Positions 1 through 11,059 of a DNA stretch of 64,000 nucleotides are shown in pieces (the stretch's first letter is position 1; each line of letters opens with the position of its first letter). A program made the translations under genes and the position numbers. The stretch comes from Leptolyngbyaceae cyanobacterium (GTDB lineage: Bacteria; Cyanobacteriota; Cyanobacteriia; Phormidesmidales; Phormidesmidaceae), in the NCBI GenBank assembly GCA_965263355.1, contig CBDHHL010000032.1:2720001-2784000 (forward strand), read 5' to 3'. Under the pieces are notes generated by a model that was not told the DNA's origin, made no database searches, and saw only the letters and a program-made list of their open reading frames with translations.

Positions 1-566
1 TACACCGTGGAAGATGGTAACGGCGGTACGTGCGACAGCCACCGTCAATATTACGGTGACTGAATCCACTACGTCGCCTGGAAATCCGCCCCGTGGCTAG
101 TCAATGAGCAGTACGCTGCAGGAAGACTCCCAGCTAATACTCAATGTGTTGATGACAGGTCAGGGGAATACCATGCTTTGATGTGCCCGGTGTAGGCAAT
201 CCATTGAACCTGGCAATCGATAACTTAACGATGTTAGCTGGGGTGAAGGTATTTTAGATATACGGTCTCCCAGCGTGGCCCAGCAGGCGGCCACTAAACT
301 AACTGCAACGGCTCTCGTCAAATATCACTCGCTACCTAGGTCAGGAAGAGCTAACCATTGACAGCCTGGATTACGCACAGATAATCTCACCCAAGTGGTA
401 ACAATGGTGTTAACAAGTTAGCGACCTTGCGAGTGGTCGGATGCCCAGATACAGCGTTAAGCCATAGGGCAGGTTAGGGATGAGTACCAGGTGCGTTTAC
501 GTACTCAGTGGTACAACGTAAGCGGGTACAATCGAGTGGTGATGCCGCAGTACAGCGTTAAGCCAT

Positions 567-2642
567 GTGGTCTACTCTCGTGATGCCAGTGGTCTCGCTA
601 ACCTGTATGTGGATAATCAGCTGGTGGGCACGAATACGATCGATGGTAATTTCTCCAACTGGGATAGTCAGTATGAGTTTGCGCTAGCCAATGAACTCGA
701 CAGCAGTCGTCCCTGGTTGGGAAGCTATGACTTGCTGGCTATTTACAATCAGGCCCTTGATGCCAGTGAGGTAACTCAAAATTATCTAGCTGGAACCCAG
801 ATAACTGAGAATGAGCCCCCCACCAATACTGCCCCTGTGGCTGTCAATGACAGCGGCACGCTGCAGGAAGACTCTCAGCTGACCCTCAATGTGTTGGCCA
901 ATGACAGCGATGTCGATGATGATAGCTTGACCCTTGTGTCAGTGTTGCCTGGTAACAACGGCATCACGTCTATTGAAAGTGGTCAGATTATCTACACACC
1001 AACAGCTAACTTTAGCGGCACTGACAGTTTTGACTATACGGTCTCCGATGGCCAAGGGGGCACTGACACAGCCACTGTGACGATTACGGTGAATGATGTT
1101 AATGATAACCCCATTGCTGGAGATGATACGACCACCACAGACCAAGACTCGAGTCTGTTGGTGCCAGTGTTGGCTAACGACACCGATATCGATGGCGATA
1201 CCCTGACAGTGGTGTCTGCTACAGCGAGTAGTGCTGGCAACACCGCCATTGAGAACAACCAGATTCGCTATACCCCTGACGCTGGGTTTGTCGGTGACGA
1301 CTCGTTTAGCTACACGGTGGAAGATGGTAACGGCGGTAGTGCGACAGCCACCGTCAATATCACGGTGACTGAATCCACTTCGTCGCCTGGAAATACCGCC
1401 CCTGTGGCTGTCAATGACAGCAGTACGCTGCAGGAAGACTCCCAGCTAACACTCAATGTGTTGGCTAATGACAGTGATGCCGATGATGATAGCTTAAGCC
1501 TTGTGTCAGTATTGCCCGGTAACAATGGCACAACCTCTATTGAAGGTGATCAGGTCGTCTACACGCCAACAGCCAACTTTAGCGGCACTGACAGTTTTGA
1601 CTATACGGTCTCCGATGGCCAAGGGGGCACTGACACAGCGACCGTAACAATTACAGTGAATAATGTTAATGATGACCCTGTGGCTGTGGATGATACGGCG
1701 ACCACAGACCAAGACTCTAGTCTGTTGGTGCCGGTGGTAGCTAATGACACCGATGTTGAGGGTGATACGTTAACGATAGTGTCTGCCACTGCAGGTAGTG
1801 CTGGCAGCACCGCCATTGAGAACAACCAGATTCGCTATACCCCTGACGCTGGTTTTGTCGGTGACGACTCGTTTAGCTATACCGTGGAAGATGGTAACGG
1901 CGGTACGGCTACAGCAACTGTCAATGTTACAGTGACTGATACTACGAGTACTGGCCGTGTAAATGAGGGGCTGTTGAGCCTGTATACCTTTGATGAGGGG
2001 CAGGGGAATACCATCTTTGATGTATCCGGTGTAGGCAATCCATTAAATCTTGAAATTGATGACCTCACTGGCATTAACTGGGGTGAGGGTAATTTAGACA
2101 TTACGGCCCCTAACCTAATCGCATCAAATCAAGCGGCGACTAAGCTGATTGATGGCATTACCGCTACCCAAGAGCTGACCATTGAAGCCTGGATTACTCC
2201 AGATAATCTCTCCCAGCGTGGCCCAGCCCGGATTGCGACGCTCTCGTCAAATATTGGTAGTCGCAATGTCACCCTAGGTCAGAATAGAGATGAGTACCAG
2301 GCCCGTTTACGTACTACAACCACCGGTAACAATGGTGTCAACAAGCTAGTGAACTCGAGTGGTGATGCCGTAGATACAGCGTTAAGCCATGTGGTCTACT
2401 CTCGTGATGCCAGTGGTCTCGCTAACCTGTATGTGGATAATCAGCTGGTGGGCACGAATACGATCGATGGTAATTTCTCCAACTGGGATAGTCAGTATGA
2501 GTTTGCGCTAGCCAACGAACTCGATGGCAGTCGCCCCTGGTTGGGAAGCTATGACCTGCTGGCTATTTACAATCAGGCGTTTGATGCTAACGAAGTGGCC
2601 CAGAACTATCTGGCAGGCGCTGATGCAGCCTTTGTTGTTTAG
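567..2642 (+). CDS. Large secreted repeat protein, C-terminal part: LamG-like jellyroll domains flanking four Ig/cadherin-like (tandem-95 type) repeats
   Basis: Repeats 'NTAPVAVND...LNVLAND.D.D.D.L...YTP..NF.G.DSFDYTVSDGQGG'; LamG-like 'ELTIEAWITP...HVVYSRD...LYVDNQLV' present twice; the 5' part runs into scrambled sequence at 1-566. Confidence 0.85.
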   Translation: MVYSRDASGLANLYVDNQLVGTNTIDGNFSNWDSQYEFALANELDSSRPWLGSYDLLAIYNQALDASEVTQNYLAGTQITENEPPTNTAPVAVNDSGTLQEDSQLTLNVLANDSDVDDDSLTLVSVLPGNNGITSIESGQIIYTPTANFSGTDSFDYTVSDGQGGTDTATVTITVNDVNDNPIAGDDTTTTDQDSSLLVPVLANDTDIDGDTLTVVSATASSAGNTAIENNQIRYTPDAGFVGDDSFSYTVEDGNGGSATATVNITVTESTSSPGNTAPVAVNDSSTLQEDSQLTLNVLANDSDADDDSLSLVSVLPGNNGTTSIEGDQVVYTPTANFSGTDSFDYTVSDGQGGTDTATVTITVNNVNDDPVAVDDTATTDQDSSLLVPVVANDTDVEGDTLTIVSATAGSAGSTAIENNQIRYTPDAGFVGDDSFSYTVEDGNGGTATATVNVTVTDTTSTGRVNEGLLSLYTFDEGQGNTIFDVSGVGNPLNLEIDDLTGINWGEGNLDITAPNLIASNQAATKLIDGITATQELTIEAWITPDNLSQRGPARIATLSSNIGSRNVTLGQNRDEYQARLRTTTTGNNGVNKLVNSSGDAVDTALSHVVYSRDASGLANLYVDNQLVGTNTIDGNFSNWDSQYEFALANELDGSRPWLGSYDLLAIYNQAFDANEVAQNYLAGADAAFVV

Positions 2643-2674
2643 TGCAAAGGCTTATGGCTGAAAGCTTTTAAGTG

Positions 2675-2716
2675 TTACCCAGGCTGCAAAATGCCTGATT
2701 TTTGCGGCCTGGGTAA
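2675..2716. terminator. Hairpin between convergent genes
   Basis: TTACCCAGGCTGCAAAA ... TTTTGCGGCCTGGGTAA inverted repeat. Confidence 0.65.
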
Positions 2717-2748
2717 TCAATCTCTTGAAGATTTTGTCGAAGAGTCTA

Positions 2749-4431
2749 TTAATCCCTTCGTGTATCAGCCACCCGATAAAGCTTTTTCTCAAATACAGGC
2801 TCTAGAGTAGCGTTGTAACTAGTTTCCAGAAAGGTGAGAAACTCTTGATTAGGAAAATAAACAAATACATCACTGTAGGTTTTCTTTGCTTCAACCAAGT
2901 TAATCTTGGTATTCCACTGGTCTGGTTCTAAATTCTGAATAAGCTGAAAATTTACGTTGTCATTGACTTCATGACTGAGGGCCAGGGCAAAACTATGGGT
3001 AGCCGCACTTACCACTAACGGATTCTCTGATGCATTAATCAAGGGAGCCAACTCTTGATTCACTACACTAGCAGTACGTCCTTCTTCTAGATAGTCCAGG
3101 TCAGCTGCGCGGATAACGGTGATACTCGATATCAAACCACAAGCAAGTAGAACAACAAATACGCCAGTCCAGGTCATTCTCTCCCACCGGTATCTGGAGC
3201 GCTTGATGGCATTGGCTAAAAAAGAGGCCACCACCAACGTAATAAACAATAGGGCCGTTAACAAATATCGCGATCGCAAAGACCGTTCTCCCCCCAGCAA
3301 CAGATCTGGAGGCACCAGTACACCGTAGTTGATAACAATGGGTAAAACCAAAAAACTCCATATACGACCTGGGGTCCAGCGTAGTAAGCAGTAGAATGCC
3401 AGAATAACTAATAGTAAGAATAAAATATCAGCCAATCTCTCAATAGAATTGGCGTGATTTAAGTTTAAGAATAGATCCCCAATCTTATCCCGAGTAAACC
3501 TAATAATTTCTAGCAGGCTAGAATTACGCCTTTGCACACCTTGGGTATTGTCATCAAGCGTATTCAGACTGGAAAAGATAACCCACAGCCAGGGGCCAAA
3601 TGCTAGTATTCCTGCCCCAGTTACACTGCAAAACGCCACCAGTTGTTTACGCTTAAAGACAATGACATACAGACCATGGGCAAGTAAAAGAAAGCCAAAA
3701 AATAGGTGAGAATAAAGCCCCAGGGCTACCGTAATACCATAGGCCAACCAGTTGAGACTCTTTTGTTCTCTCAACGCCCGTAACACAAAGACGCTAGAAG
3801 CCAGTATTGCCAGGGTTAATAGGCTATATTGACGTGCCCCCTGAGATAATAAAATGTGGTAAGGAGAAAGGCTCAATAATCCCACGGCGATCCAACCAGT
3901 CAAGGCTGACTGAAATAGCTCTAAGCAGAGCCAATAGGCCCAGGGTAACGCAAGCACCCCCAAGCATAGGGCTAATACCCTAGCTGATAGAGGATTTTGC
4001 CAGAGTTTGACCCACAACCATGAAATTGCATAGTAACCAGGGGTATGCTCAGGAGACGTTGCTAAGGCGGTTAGGGTGTCACCAAAGGTTTTATTATCAG
4101 AGGGGATTTGATAAGCCTTTAGATCTTGGGTAGTCAGGATTTGACCACGAAAGGCCTCTTTTTTGACTTCTTCTTCGTAATATCCAGAGAGGCGGTAGAA
4201 TCCTCTCACTTCATCGGCATTATACGGTTTAACCGCTAGATAACTGAGGGATAAAATTAGTCGCAGCACAATCAGTGCGATGACAATTCCCTTCAACCAG
4301 GTAGGGACACCATAGATAACAGTTTGAGGAGGGGTCTGTACCTCTTCACTAGCAAACGTAACGAGGCCATGGTTGCCTAGCCTCCATAATATGACTGCAC
4401 CAATAGCAGCAGCGGCGAGTCCTAATAACAT
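2749..4431 (-). CDS. GT-C fold (family 39 / PMT-like) membrane glycosyltransferase
   Basis: 'YNADE', 'EHTPGYY', 'SPYHILLSQGARQYSL', 'GLYSHLF' motifs; many TM segments. Confidence 0.8.
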   Translation of the reverse strand: MLLGLAAAAIGAVILWRLGNHGLVTFASEEVQTPPQTVIYGVPTWLKGIVIALIVLRLILSLSYLAVKPYNADEVRGFYRLSGYYEEEVKKEAFRGQILTTQDLKAYQIPSDNKTFGDTLTALATSPEHTPGYYAISWLWVKLWQNPLSARVLALCLGVLALPWAYWLCLELFQSALTGWIAVGLLSLSPYHILLSQGARQYSLLTLAILASSVFVLRALREQKSLNWLAYGITVALGLYSHLFFGFLLLAHGLYVIVFKRKQLVAFCSVTGAGILAFGPWLWVIFSSLNTLDDNTQGVQRRNSSLLEIIRFTRDKIGDLFLNLNHANSIERLADILFLLLVILAFYCLLRWTPGRIWSFLVLPIVINYGVLVPPDLLLGGERSLRSRYLLTALLFITLVVASFLANAIKRSRYRWERMTWTGVFVVLLACGLISSITVIRAADLDYLEEGRTASVVNQELAPLINASENPLVVSAATHSFALALSHEVNDNVNFQLIQNLEPDQWNTKINLVEAKKTYSDVFVYFPNQEFLTFLETSYNATLEPVFEKKLYRVADTRRD

Positions 4432-4547
4432 TATCCTTACAGTTGAGCAAACACACCCATCGGTTACTCTTTTTACTGTATCAAAGACTCACCACTCACG
4501 TTAGACTGAGGTTTCAACGGTGAACTCAGCCCTAGTGACGAGATGCA

Positions 4548-7500
4548 TTACGGCCTGTACTTATATAAATGGGTTTTTTCTAGCTTTCCGTAGTTCGAGT
4601 CGGAGGGATTGTCAAAGTAGTTCCAAACCCATCGCTGTACTTCAAAGGCCGTTATTTTGTCCCCTGCCTTAGCCTTTTTGTTGTGGACATCACCAAAGGA
4701 CTGGAGTAGGCTATCGCACTTTTTGACCCTTGCGATCGCATCCTGATGACAGTCCCTAAAGGTCAAACGATAGCGCGTATTCATAGGTGGATAGATAAAT
4801 TTATCAGCGCGCTCATGCACCTTATCCCCCGACTCATAGTGGGCAATCAGTTTGTTGTAGCCCACAATACCTGAGGTGTCAGACCCAGAGAACATCTGCA
4901 GTGATGTTAGCGGATAGTACTCCCGATGCTTCACCCAAATAAATGACATCGTAACAATCAACACCGACACCAAAATCGGATACACAAACATCCGTTGGGG
5001 ACGTAGCGACTCCTCTTTGTAAGCCTTCCGCTGGCCAAACTTAAACCAGCCCCGCTTGTGCAACCAACGGCGAATAGCCGTGTAATCGTAAAAGATGAAC
5101 TGCACCAGGACTAAGTCCAAAAAGACAATATTCTGGAGAAAGATAATCCCCACGTGCATTGCCCCCATGGCCGCTGGCATAATCCACCGAGCCCAGCGGA
5201 AGAAGAGCACCAAACCATAGGCCAGCTCACCATAAATGCCCACAAATCCCAAAAAGCCAAACACAATATCCGGCGCATGGACCAAACTGAGGGAAACACT
5301 CCAGTCAGTTTGCAGCGGCTCCAGGGTAGTCGACAGCAATTTAGACTTCAGGTTCTGGGGGGCCCACCAGTAGAACCCAGAGAAGTAAATCTTACTCAGG
5401 CCTGCCTGGATGTAAGAAACCCCCAAAATTAACCAACAGGCATAGCGAGCCCAACCGTAAATCGGCGCAGGTTCATCGGCCACAGGCACGGGCTCACCCC
5501 GCCGCTGCTTTAACCAGCGATCGACCGATAGACCATCATTACACGGGGCAAAGGAGAGCACTGCCAGCAGGTAAACGGGCAGCAGACCTGTATGGTAGAA
5601 CCAGGTGTACTGTCGTACGATGCCGCCTAAAATCAGGTAGAGAAAAGCACCAATGGGCACCACCCAGCGGGTCTTAAAGCCGATTGTGCCAAGAATTAGC
5701 ACCAGAGCCGTTAACCATTCAAACAGCTGCAGACTTGGTTGATGACGGGAAAACGCTTCAAACCCAGGGATATTGTAGAAATAACTCATCACTCCCATGG
5801 GGGTTCGAATCTCCTCCGGCAGCAAAGCACTGCTGGGCAGATCCTCCATGATCAGGGTCATGATCACGAGCGTACCGCAGCAAATAATCCGAATCGCGCC
5901 CAGGGATTCAGGGGTAGCTTCAGGCACAAACCGTCGAGCAAACCAGGGACTGGTAATCAACCAAGAAACCGCCGCAAAGCCCAAACAAATAAAGAACCCA
6001 TTTTCAGCCGACTGTTGAGGTGCCAGCAAGCGTTCAAAGGCCACCCACCCCAGGGCTGCCACCACCCCAGCAATGCAAATCATTAGACGAATGCGGCGGG
6101 TGGGCAGTTGCTCAAACCGAATCCGTCTGAATACAGCAATGGCTGCCGCTATGAGTCCGGCCAACACGCTGAACCCAAAGAGTTTTTTACGGTTCAGGTT
6201 GAGGAACATGCCGACGGTTTCTAGCGTACTCGGGGGTGGAATATCACCGATCTTGAGTCGAGGGATCGACATGACGTCCCAAGTCTCTCCACCATTAATA
6301 GATTTATAGACAATGGCATCAGCGGCTCCAAACGCAAACAGGGTGTTGTCTTCTGCATAATTTGGCGAAAACTGCAGCGCCCGACCGGCACAGGGCACAT
6401 GGGTATACCGAGAAATCGCCAGGTCCGCCGTACCGATGGCCTTAAACGTGTTACCCCCATCCTCACTTTTGAAGACTCCCCGTCCCCGCACACTGGCAAT
6501 AACAGTATTATCGTTCGCGTAGTTAGGGGACACATCAATGGCTTCGATATAGGGAGCATCGCCATAGGCTTTACCCTGTAGCGCTTCCCATGTGTTACCC
6601 CCATCCTCGGTGCGATATAGACCTTTAGCTGAGCCCACAAACAGGGTTTGATCGGCGTCAAAGTTGGGAGAAATGGCAATTTGCCCTGCAGGCAAGTCTT
6701 CTAACTCGGTATTCTCCGTTAACAATGACCACTTTTGGCCCCCATTTTCGCTTTTGTAAACGCCGCGCTCACCCGTATTAAAGAGGGTTTTATCGTTGGC
6801 ATAGTTAGGCGAAATCACCAACGATGGAGAATCATTACCGTGCTGCTTAGCCAACTGGCCGATCTTTTCATATCGCTTACCGCCATCCTGGGAGCGGAAA
6901 ACAATTCCCTTCTGGTTAGTACTAAAAACGGTCTTGTCAGCTTTAAAGTTTGGCGACACCGCCAGACTCACACCACGCACTTCCTGGCTTAGCGGATGGA
7001 CAGACCACTTTTGACCACCATTGGTTGAGCGCAGAACCTTGGTGTAGAGAATCGATGAAAAGAGGGTTTCATCGTTGGCATAGTTGCTAGATAGAGCAAT
7101 ATCAAAGAAGCGGCGAGGATCCTGCTCACTTCTCTCCACATCTAGCGGTTTGAAATCATTGGTAAACAGGGGTAAATGGAGTCCCTGATGGATGCTTTTC
7201 CAGGTACTACCGGCATCGTTACTGATGTAAAGTTCTCCAACATAGGTGGCAACCGCCAGGGTTTGATCCTCGGCAAATGTTGGTGAAACCGCCATGCTGA
7301 TAACAGTCCCCCAGGAGAGCACCTCTAACTCTTCCCACTGTTGCCCTCGATCCTGACTGCGAAACAGGCCATTAAAGCCCCCTAAAAACAACGTCTGATC
7401 CGTTGCATAGGCCGGTGAAACCGCCAGCTCCTCAAAATGAGGCACCTCCATATCATCGGCTTGATTGTCTCGGGTTAAGCCTGTGGCCATCTCTAGCCAA

Positions 7501-8399
7501 GACTTTTCGGCAGGCTCCCACTGCCAGGTCCCCGTTTCCCAGGTCGACAGCAGCAGAGTACCGTCGGGGGTAAAGGCCAAATCTTGACTGTGTAGATCGG
7601 TCAGACCTTCATTGTTGGGAGAGAAGGTTTTTCCATTATCGGTAGATTGATAAACGCCATCTAGCTCGGTGCCGACATAGATCGATGCATCTGGTGCTAT
7701 GGCAATGGTTTCAACAATGCCTGTATCCTTTAGCTGGGCAAGGGATTGCCACGAAACACCATTGTCCTGAGAACGCCAGAGGTTGCCCTGCTCATCCCCA
7801 AGCAGCATAAATTTATTATTGGGGTCAAAGGCCAAATCAGTAGCTGAGACATTTTCCAAAACCGCTGACCATTGATCGCCGCCATCTTCCGTACGATACA
7901 AACGGCCATCACTGGCTTGAGTAAAGGCTATCTGGGCATTACCAGGGGACACCTCAACCCATTGCAGGTCTAGATTCCCTAATCCTGTACTGTATGCCTG
8001 CCAGGTATTACCCCCATCTTTAGAGCCGTAGATACCACCTCCGGTAGTGGCCACATAAAGCACCGACGAATCCGTCGGCGCAATTGCCAGGGCAATCAAC
8101 TCGTCACGGCTGTCCAGACCATTATTCAAACGAAACCAGGTTTCACCCTGGTCCTTAGACCTGAGCAGGTTTTTACGCACTAGCGCATAAACAGTCCCAT
8201 CTTGCTCATATTGGGGCGAGACGACGACTTGTGGTACGACATCATGGGGACGATGGGCATAGGCTGGTGGCATGCCGACATTCCAGGCAAATAGAACCAC
8301 TAATAGAGCTAATACCCAGGAAAATAGTGTTTTCGAAATAGCAAACGACCGGCAATTAACCATCTCTCTAGTAAAAAACTCGTTGTAGATAAATCCCAT
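4548..8399 (-). CDS. BNR/YCF48-like beta-propeller protein fused to a C-terminal HTTM-like multi-TM domain
   Basis: Many S.D.G.TW Asp-box repeats over about 700 aa, then a TM region with 'SYIQAGLSK', 'MHVGIIFL', 'YPLTSLQMFS'. Confidence 0.7.
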   Translation of the reverse strand: MGFIYNEFFTREMVNCRSFAISKTLFSWVLALLVVLFAWNVGMPPAYAHRPHDVVPQVVVSPQYEQDGTVYALVRKNLLRSKDQGETWFRLNNGLDSRDELIALAIAPTDSSVLYVATTGGGIYGSKDGGNTWQAYSTGLGNLDLQWVEVSPGNAQIAFTQASDGRLYRTEDGGDQWSAVLENVSATDLAFDPNNKFMLLGDEQGNLWRSQDNGVSWQSLAQLKDTGIVETIAIAPDASIYVGTELDGVYQSTDNGKTFSPNNEGLTDLHSQDLAFTPDGTLLLSTWETGTWQWEPAEKSWLEMATGLTRDNQADDMEVPHFEELAVSPAYATDQTLFLGGFNGLFRSQDRGQQWEELEVLSWGTVISMAVSPTFAEDQTLAVATYVGELYISNDAGSTWKSIHQGLHLPLFTNDFKPLDVERSEQDPRRFFDIALSSNYANDETLFSSILYTKVLRSTNGGQKWSVHPLSQEVRGVSLAVSPNFKADKTVFSTNQKGIVFRSQDGGKRYEKIGQLAKQHGNDSPSLVISPNYANDKTLFNTGERGVYKSENGGQKWSLLTENTELEDLPAGQIAISPNFDADQTLFVGSAKGLYRTEDGGNTWEALQGKAYGDAPYIEAIDVSPNYANDNTVIASVRGRGVFKSEDGGNTFKAIGTADLAISRYTHVPCAGRALQFSPNYAEDNTLFAFGAADAIVYKSINGGETWDVMSIPRLKIGDIPPPSTLETVGMFLNLNRKKLFGFSVLAGLIAAAIAVFRRIRFEQLPTRRIRLMICIAGVVAALGWVAFERLLAPQQSAENGFFICLGFAAVSWLITSPWFARRFVPEATPESLGAIRIICCGTLVIMTLIMEDLPSSALLPEEIRTPMGVMSYFYNIPGFEAFSRHQPSLQLFEWLTALVLILGTIGFKTRWVVPIGAFLYLILGGIVRQYTWFYHTGLLPVYLLAVLSFAPCNDGLSVDRWLKQRRGEPVPVADEPAPIYGWARYACWLILGVSYIQAGLSKIYFSGFYWWAPQNLKSKLLSTTLEPLQTDWSVSLSLVHAPDIVFGFLGFVGIYGELAYGLVLFFRWARWIMPAAMGAMHVGIIFLQNIVFLDLVLVQFIFYDYTAIRRWLHKRGWFKFGQRKAYKEESLRPQRMFVYPILVSVLIVTMSFIWVKHREYYPLTSLQMFSGSDTSGIVGYNKLIAHYESGDKVHERADKFIYPPMNTRYRLTFRDCHQDAIARVKKCDSLLQSFGDVHNKKAKAGDKITAFEVQRWVWNYFDNPSDSNYGKLEKTHLYKYRP

Positions 8400-8997
8400 A
8401 ACATCTCAGACGGAACCTCTGGCGACCCCAGCTACCGACGCCTATGTTTCTCTATACCAAACATAAATAAGAATTCATCGTAAGAACATCAGGAAAAAAT
8501 CCATCAGATATCTGACCATAGGTATTGTTTACCCCACAACCATCTGTGAATTACATCTAGTTCAGTTGAAACTTCACAAAGATGTAGAAGTACTTACATA
8601 CCTGAAGCATACTGCTTCCAGCAGTAACGGGGTCTTACTTACAAATGGATTCACATAAAATTTATATTACCCATAGGATATGAAGCTATTCATTGTGAGA
8701 GCGACATTCCTACTTTTAGGGGGTATCAAGTTATGCCGGGAAATCTCGACTAGGACTGAATTCGGAAGTCAGAATAAGTCCTCTGGACGACTTAACGGTA
8801 CGAAAGTCATAAGGGGAGGGCGTTCCGAACTCCGAATTCCGAATTTCGTAGGGCTTTGCCCTTCTCGCAGAGTACTCTAGATCCCTGGGGAAATCGTCCC
8901 GCTTTATGTTGGTAATCCTTTAAGCATTGCGTCAAGTTCAAAATTTTGGGAAGACGGTGATGGGTAAATCAATATTGATGGTCGTTTTCAGTCGTCT

Positions 8998-9025
8998 GCG
9001 TCTGTAGCGGAAATACTACAGACGC
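8998..9025. terminator. Hairpin downstream of the 9040-9495 gene
   Basis: GCGTCTGTAG-8 nt-CTACAGACGC perfect 10-bp stem. Confidence 0.55.
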
Positions 9026-9039
9026 TTAATCTCTATTAA

Positions 9040-9495
9040 TTAGCTCCATGAGACCGTAAAGTAAATTATATTTTCTTTAGGATCAAGGTCTACGGTTCCA
9101 AAAACAGCTTGGTTGCTGGGGCTGATGGTATAGCGAATTTCGCCGGACTCTAATCGGGTGCCTTGGTCAAAGTTAAGCCCTGGGGAGTCTTGGATCCATG
9201 CTTCTAGAATTGAATGCTCAGCTGTAAATGAACCGCTAAAGGTTCTAGAAAATGAACTGCCAGAGGTCATAATCCGAAAATCTTTAGCGCTTGGCGGGAT
9301 AGGTGCAAAATTTCCCCATTGCCAGGCAACGTCGATCATAGTTTGCTGCATAAACGGGTTATGGTTATCCAGCCAATTAGGGGCGATTAGCCACAGGCTA
9401 CCTACCCCAATCACCATGGCAAGGGTGCCAGCACAGCCTACGCATCCAAGTTTGAGCCCCCGGTTATTTGCTTTTAATTTATTCAGAGCAGTCAT
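9040..9495 (-). CDS. Hypothetical membrane-anchored protein
   Basis: 151 aa ORF with N-terminal hydrophobic segment. Confidence 0.6.
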   Translation of the reverse strand: MTALNKLKANNRGLKLGCVGCAGTLAMVIGVGSLWLIAPNWLDNHNPFMQQTMIDVAWQWGNFAPIPPSAKDFRIMTSGSSFSRTFSGSFTAEHSILEAWIQDSPGLNFDQGTRLESGEIRYTISPSNQAVFGTVDLDPKENIIYFTVSWS

Positions 9496-9804
9496 GTCCC
9501 TACTGACTAGAGTATCTATTGCTTTTGACGCTATGGTTTATGCTTTGATTCATTTGCGCAACTATTGCAGGGGGCAACTGTATTCTTGGGATGGGCTCTG
9601 GTGGGTTTCGATCACTAGCGCTAACGGTTAACCTGACTTTCAGTCACCCTGCCCAGAAGGGGATTTGCCTTAGATATCATTTGATCCTTGTTATTTAGGG
9701 GCTTTTTAGAGGGGTTATGGCGACAAGTTTTAACTTTAAGCAGTTTATGCTCATTATTCTGATTACGAGCTTATGGATCAATAAAATCGTATGGGATGGA
9801 TTTG

Positions 9805-9885
9805 TTAGGAGATTTTTTTTAGACAGTGTTGATGTTTTTGAATGGGTTTATTAGGAGATTTTTTTAGACAGTGTTGATGTTTTTG
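9805..9885. repeat. Two-copy direct repeat (period about 46 bp)
   Basis: TTAGGAGAT(n)AGACAGTGTTGATGTTTTTG at 9805 and 9851. Confidence 0.85.
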
Positions 9886-10069
9886 GGTGGGTTGGATATT
9901 GGATATGAAGCCAAAAGTGTTGCTTGGGGTCCCTCTGAGTTCCCCAAACCCCCTTGGCCAGGGCCGGAACGCCGCTCTAGGATCCACCGTATCAGGGTAT
10001 CCCAAATTGCATCAGATAGGGGGGTAAGGGTGGTGCCTTGTGCCCATTCTGAAGTTGAGGTTGAAAAAT

Positions 10070-10154
10070 ACCTTTTATCAGGCTGCACCTTTTATAAGGC
10101 TGTACCTTTTATCAGGCTGCACTTTTTATCAGGCTGCACCTTTTATCAGGCTGC
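10070..10154. repeat. Five tandem 17-bp repeats
   Basis: Consensus ACCTTTTATCAGGCTGC at 10070, 10087, 10104, 10121, 10138. Confidence 0.95.
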
Positions 10155-10185
10155 AGCCTTCAATTAATATCGGGACATTCTAGAT

Positions 10186-10869
10186 TTGATATGTCCCATG
10201 AGTCGTCTGATTAAACACCATCATCAAAAGTATCGTCAGTTACTGATTGTTTTGGCTGTTACTTTTTTGGTGTCGCCTTTTTTAAGGGCGGGTATTGGTA
10301 ATATTCTGTCTATTTCGCTACTGCTATACACCATTATTGTGGTGATCAATAGCTTTGCGTTGCCGAGACGGTTGATGGCGGTGTATGGTGCGATCGCAAT
10401 CACTGCTGTCTGTTTAGAAATTATCGCTAACGTCAGCGAAGTCTCTTATCTAAACCAGCCATTCACCCTGATATCTCAATTTATTTTTGCCATCTTCCTG
10501 GCAGGAGCTGCCTACTGGATTGGACGAGATATTTTCACCACCCCTAATGTAACGATAGATACTGTCCGAGGGGGGATCAGTGTTTATCTTCTAATTGGGT
10601 TTGTTTGGGCGTTACTCTATGGCATTGTTAATACCCTGGATGCCAATGCTTTTTCACAACCCCTGCTTCAAAAAGATTCCTATCTAAGATCAATTCATTT
10701 TAGCTTTACCACCCTGACTACCTTAGGTTATGGCGACATTGTTCCCCTGAGTGAAGTGGCTCAAGTATTAACAAACCTGGAGGCCATTGTTGGTCAAATG
10801 TACTCTTCGATACTAATTGCCATTTTAATCGGCAGCTATCTTGCCCAGCGGTCTAGACAACATCATTAA
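10186..10869 (+). CDS. Potassium channel family protein (Ion_trans_2)
   Basis: Selectivity filter 'FSFTTLTTLGYGDI'. Confidence 0.9.
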   Translation: MICPMSRLIKHHHQKYRQLLIVLAVTFLVSPFLRAGIGNILSISLLLYTIIVVINSFALPRRLMAVYGAIAITAVCLEIIANVSEVSYLNQPFTLISQFIFAIFLAGAAYWIGRDIFTTPNVTIDTVRGGISVYLLIGFVWALLYGIVNTLDANAFSQPLLQKDSYLRSIHFSFTTLTTLGYGDIVPLSEVAQVLTNLEAIVGQMYSSILIAILIGSYLAQRSRQHH

Positions 10870-11059
10870 CCCTAAAGGTAACCCTGCTACAGGGAAAACT
10901 GTGCAACCATTTTCCTCAAAGGCAATAAAGCTTAGATGTTAGACTTTAGCTGTTTGTGCTTTACCTACTTGAATTCAAAAAGTTTATTTGGCAACATTGG
11001 GTAATCTCATTGGGTAACTTCACCCAAGCCTTTCAATTTAACCCCTTACCGTTATCCTT

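Noticed and set aside
1..566. Scrambled mosaic of segments of the downstream repeat gene
   Set aside because: Many small indels and shuffled pieces of about 1310-1470 and 1990-2390 look like a poor consensus in a repeat, not a diversification system. Raw reads are needed.
8755..8850. GAATTCGGAA / TTCCGAATTC inverted heptamer-type repeats and the 66-aa ORF over them
   Set aside because: Looks like an ordinary cyanobacterial dispersed repeat; the ORF is probably spurious.
9158..9631. This and other ORFs antisense to or nested within long genes
   Set aside because: Shadow frames with no recognisable motifs.
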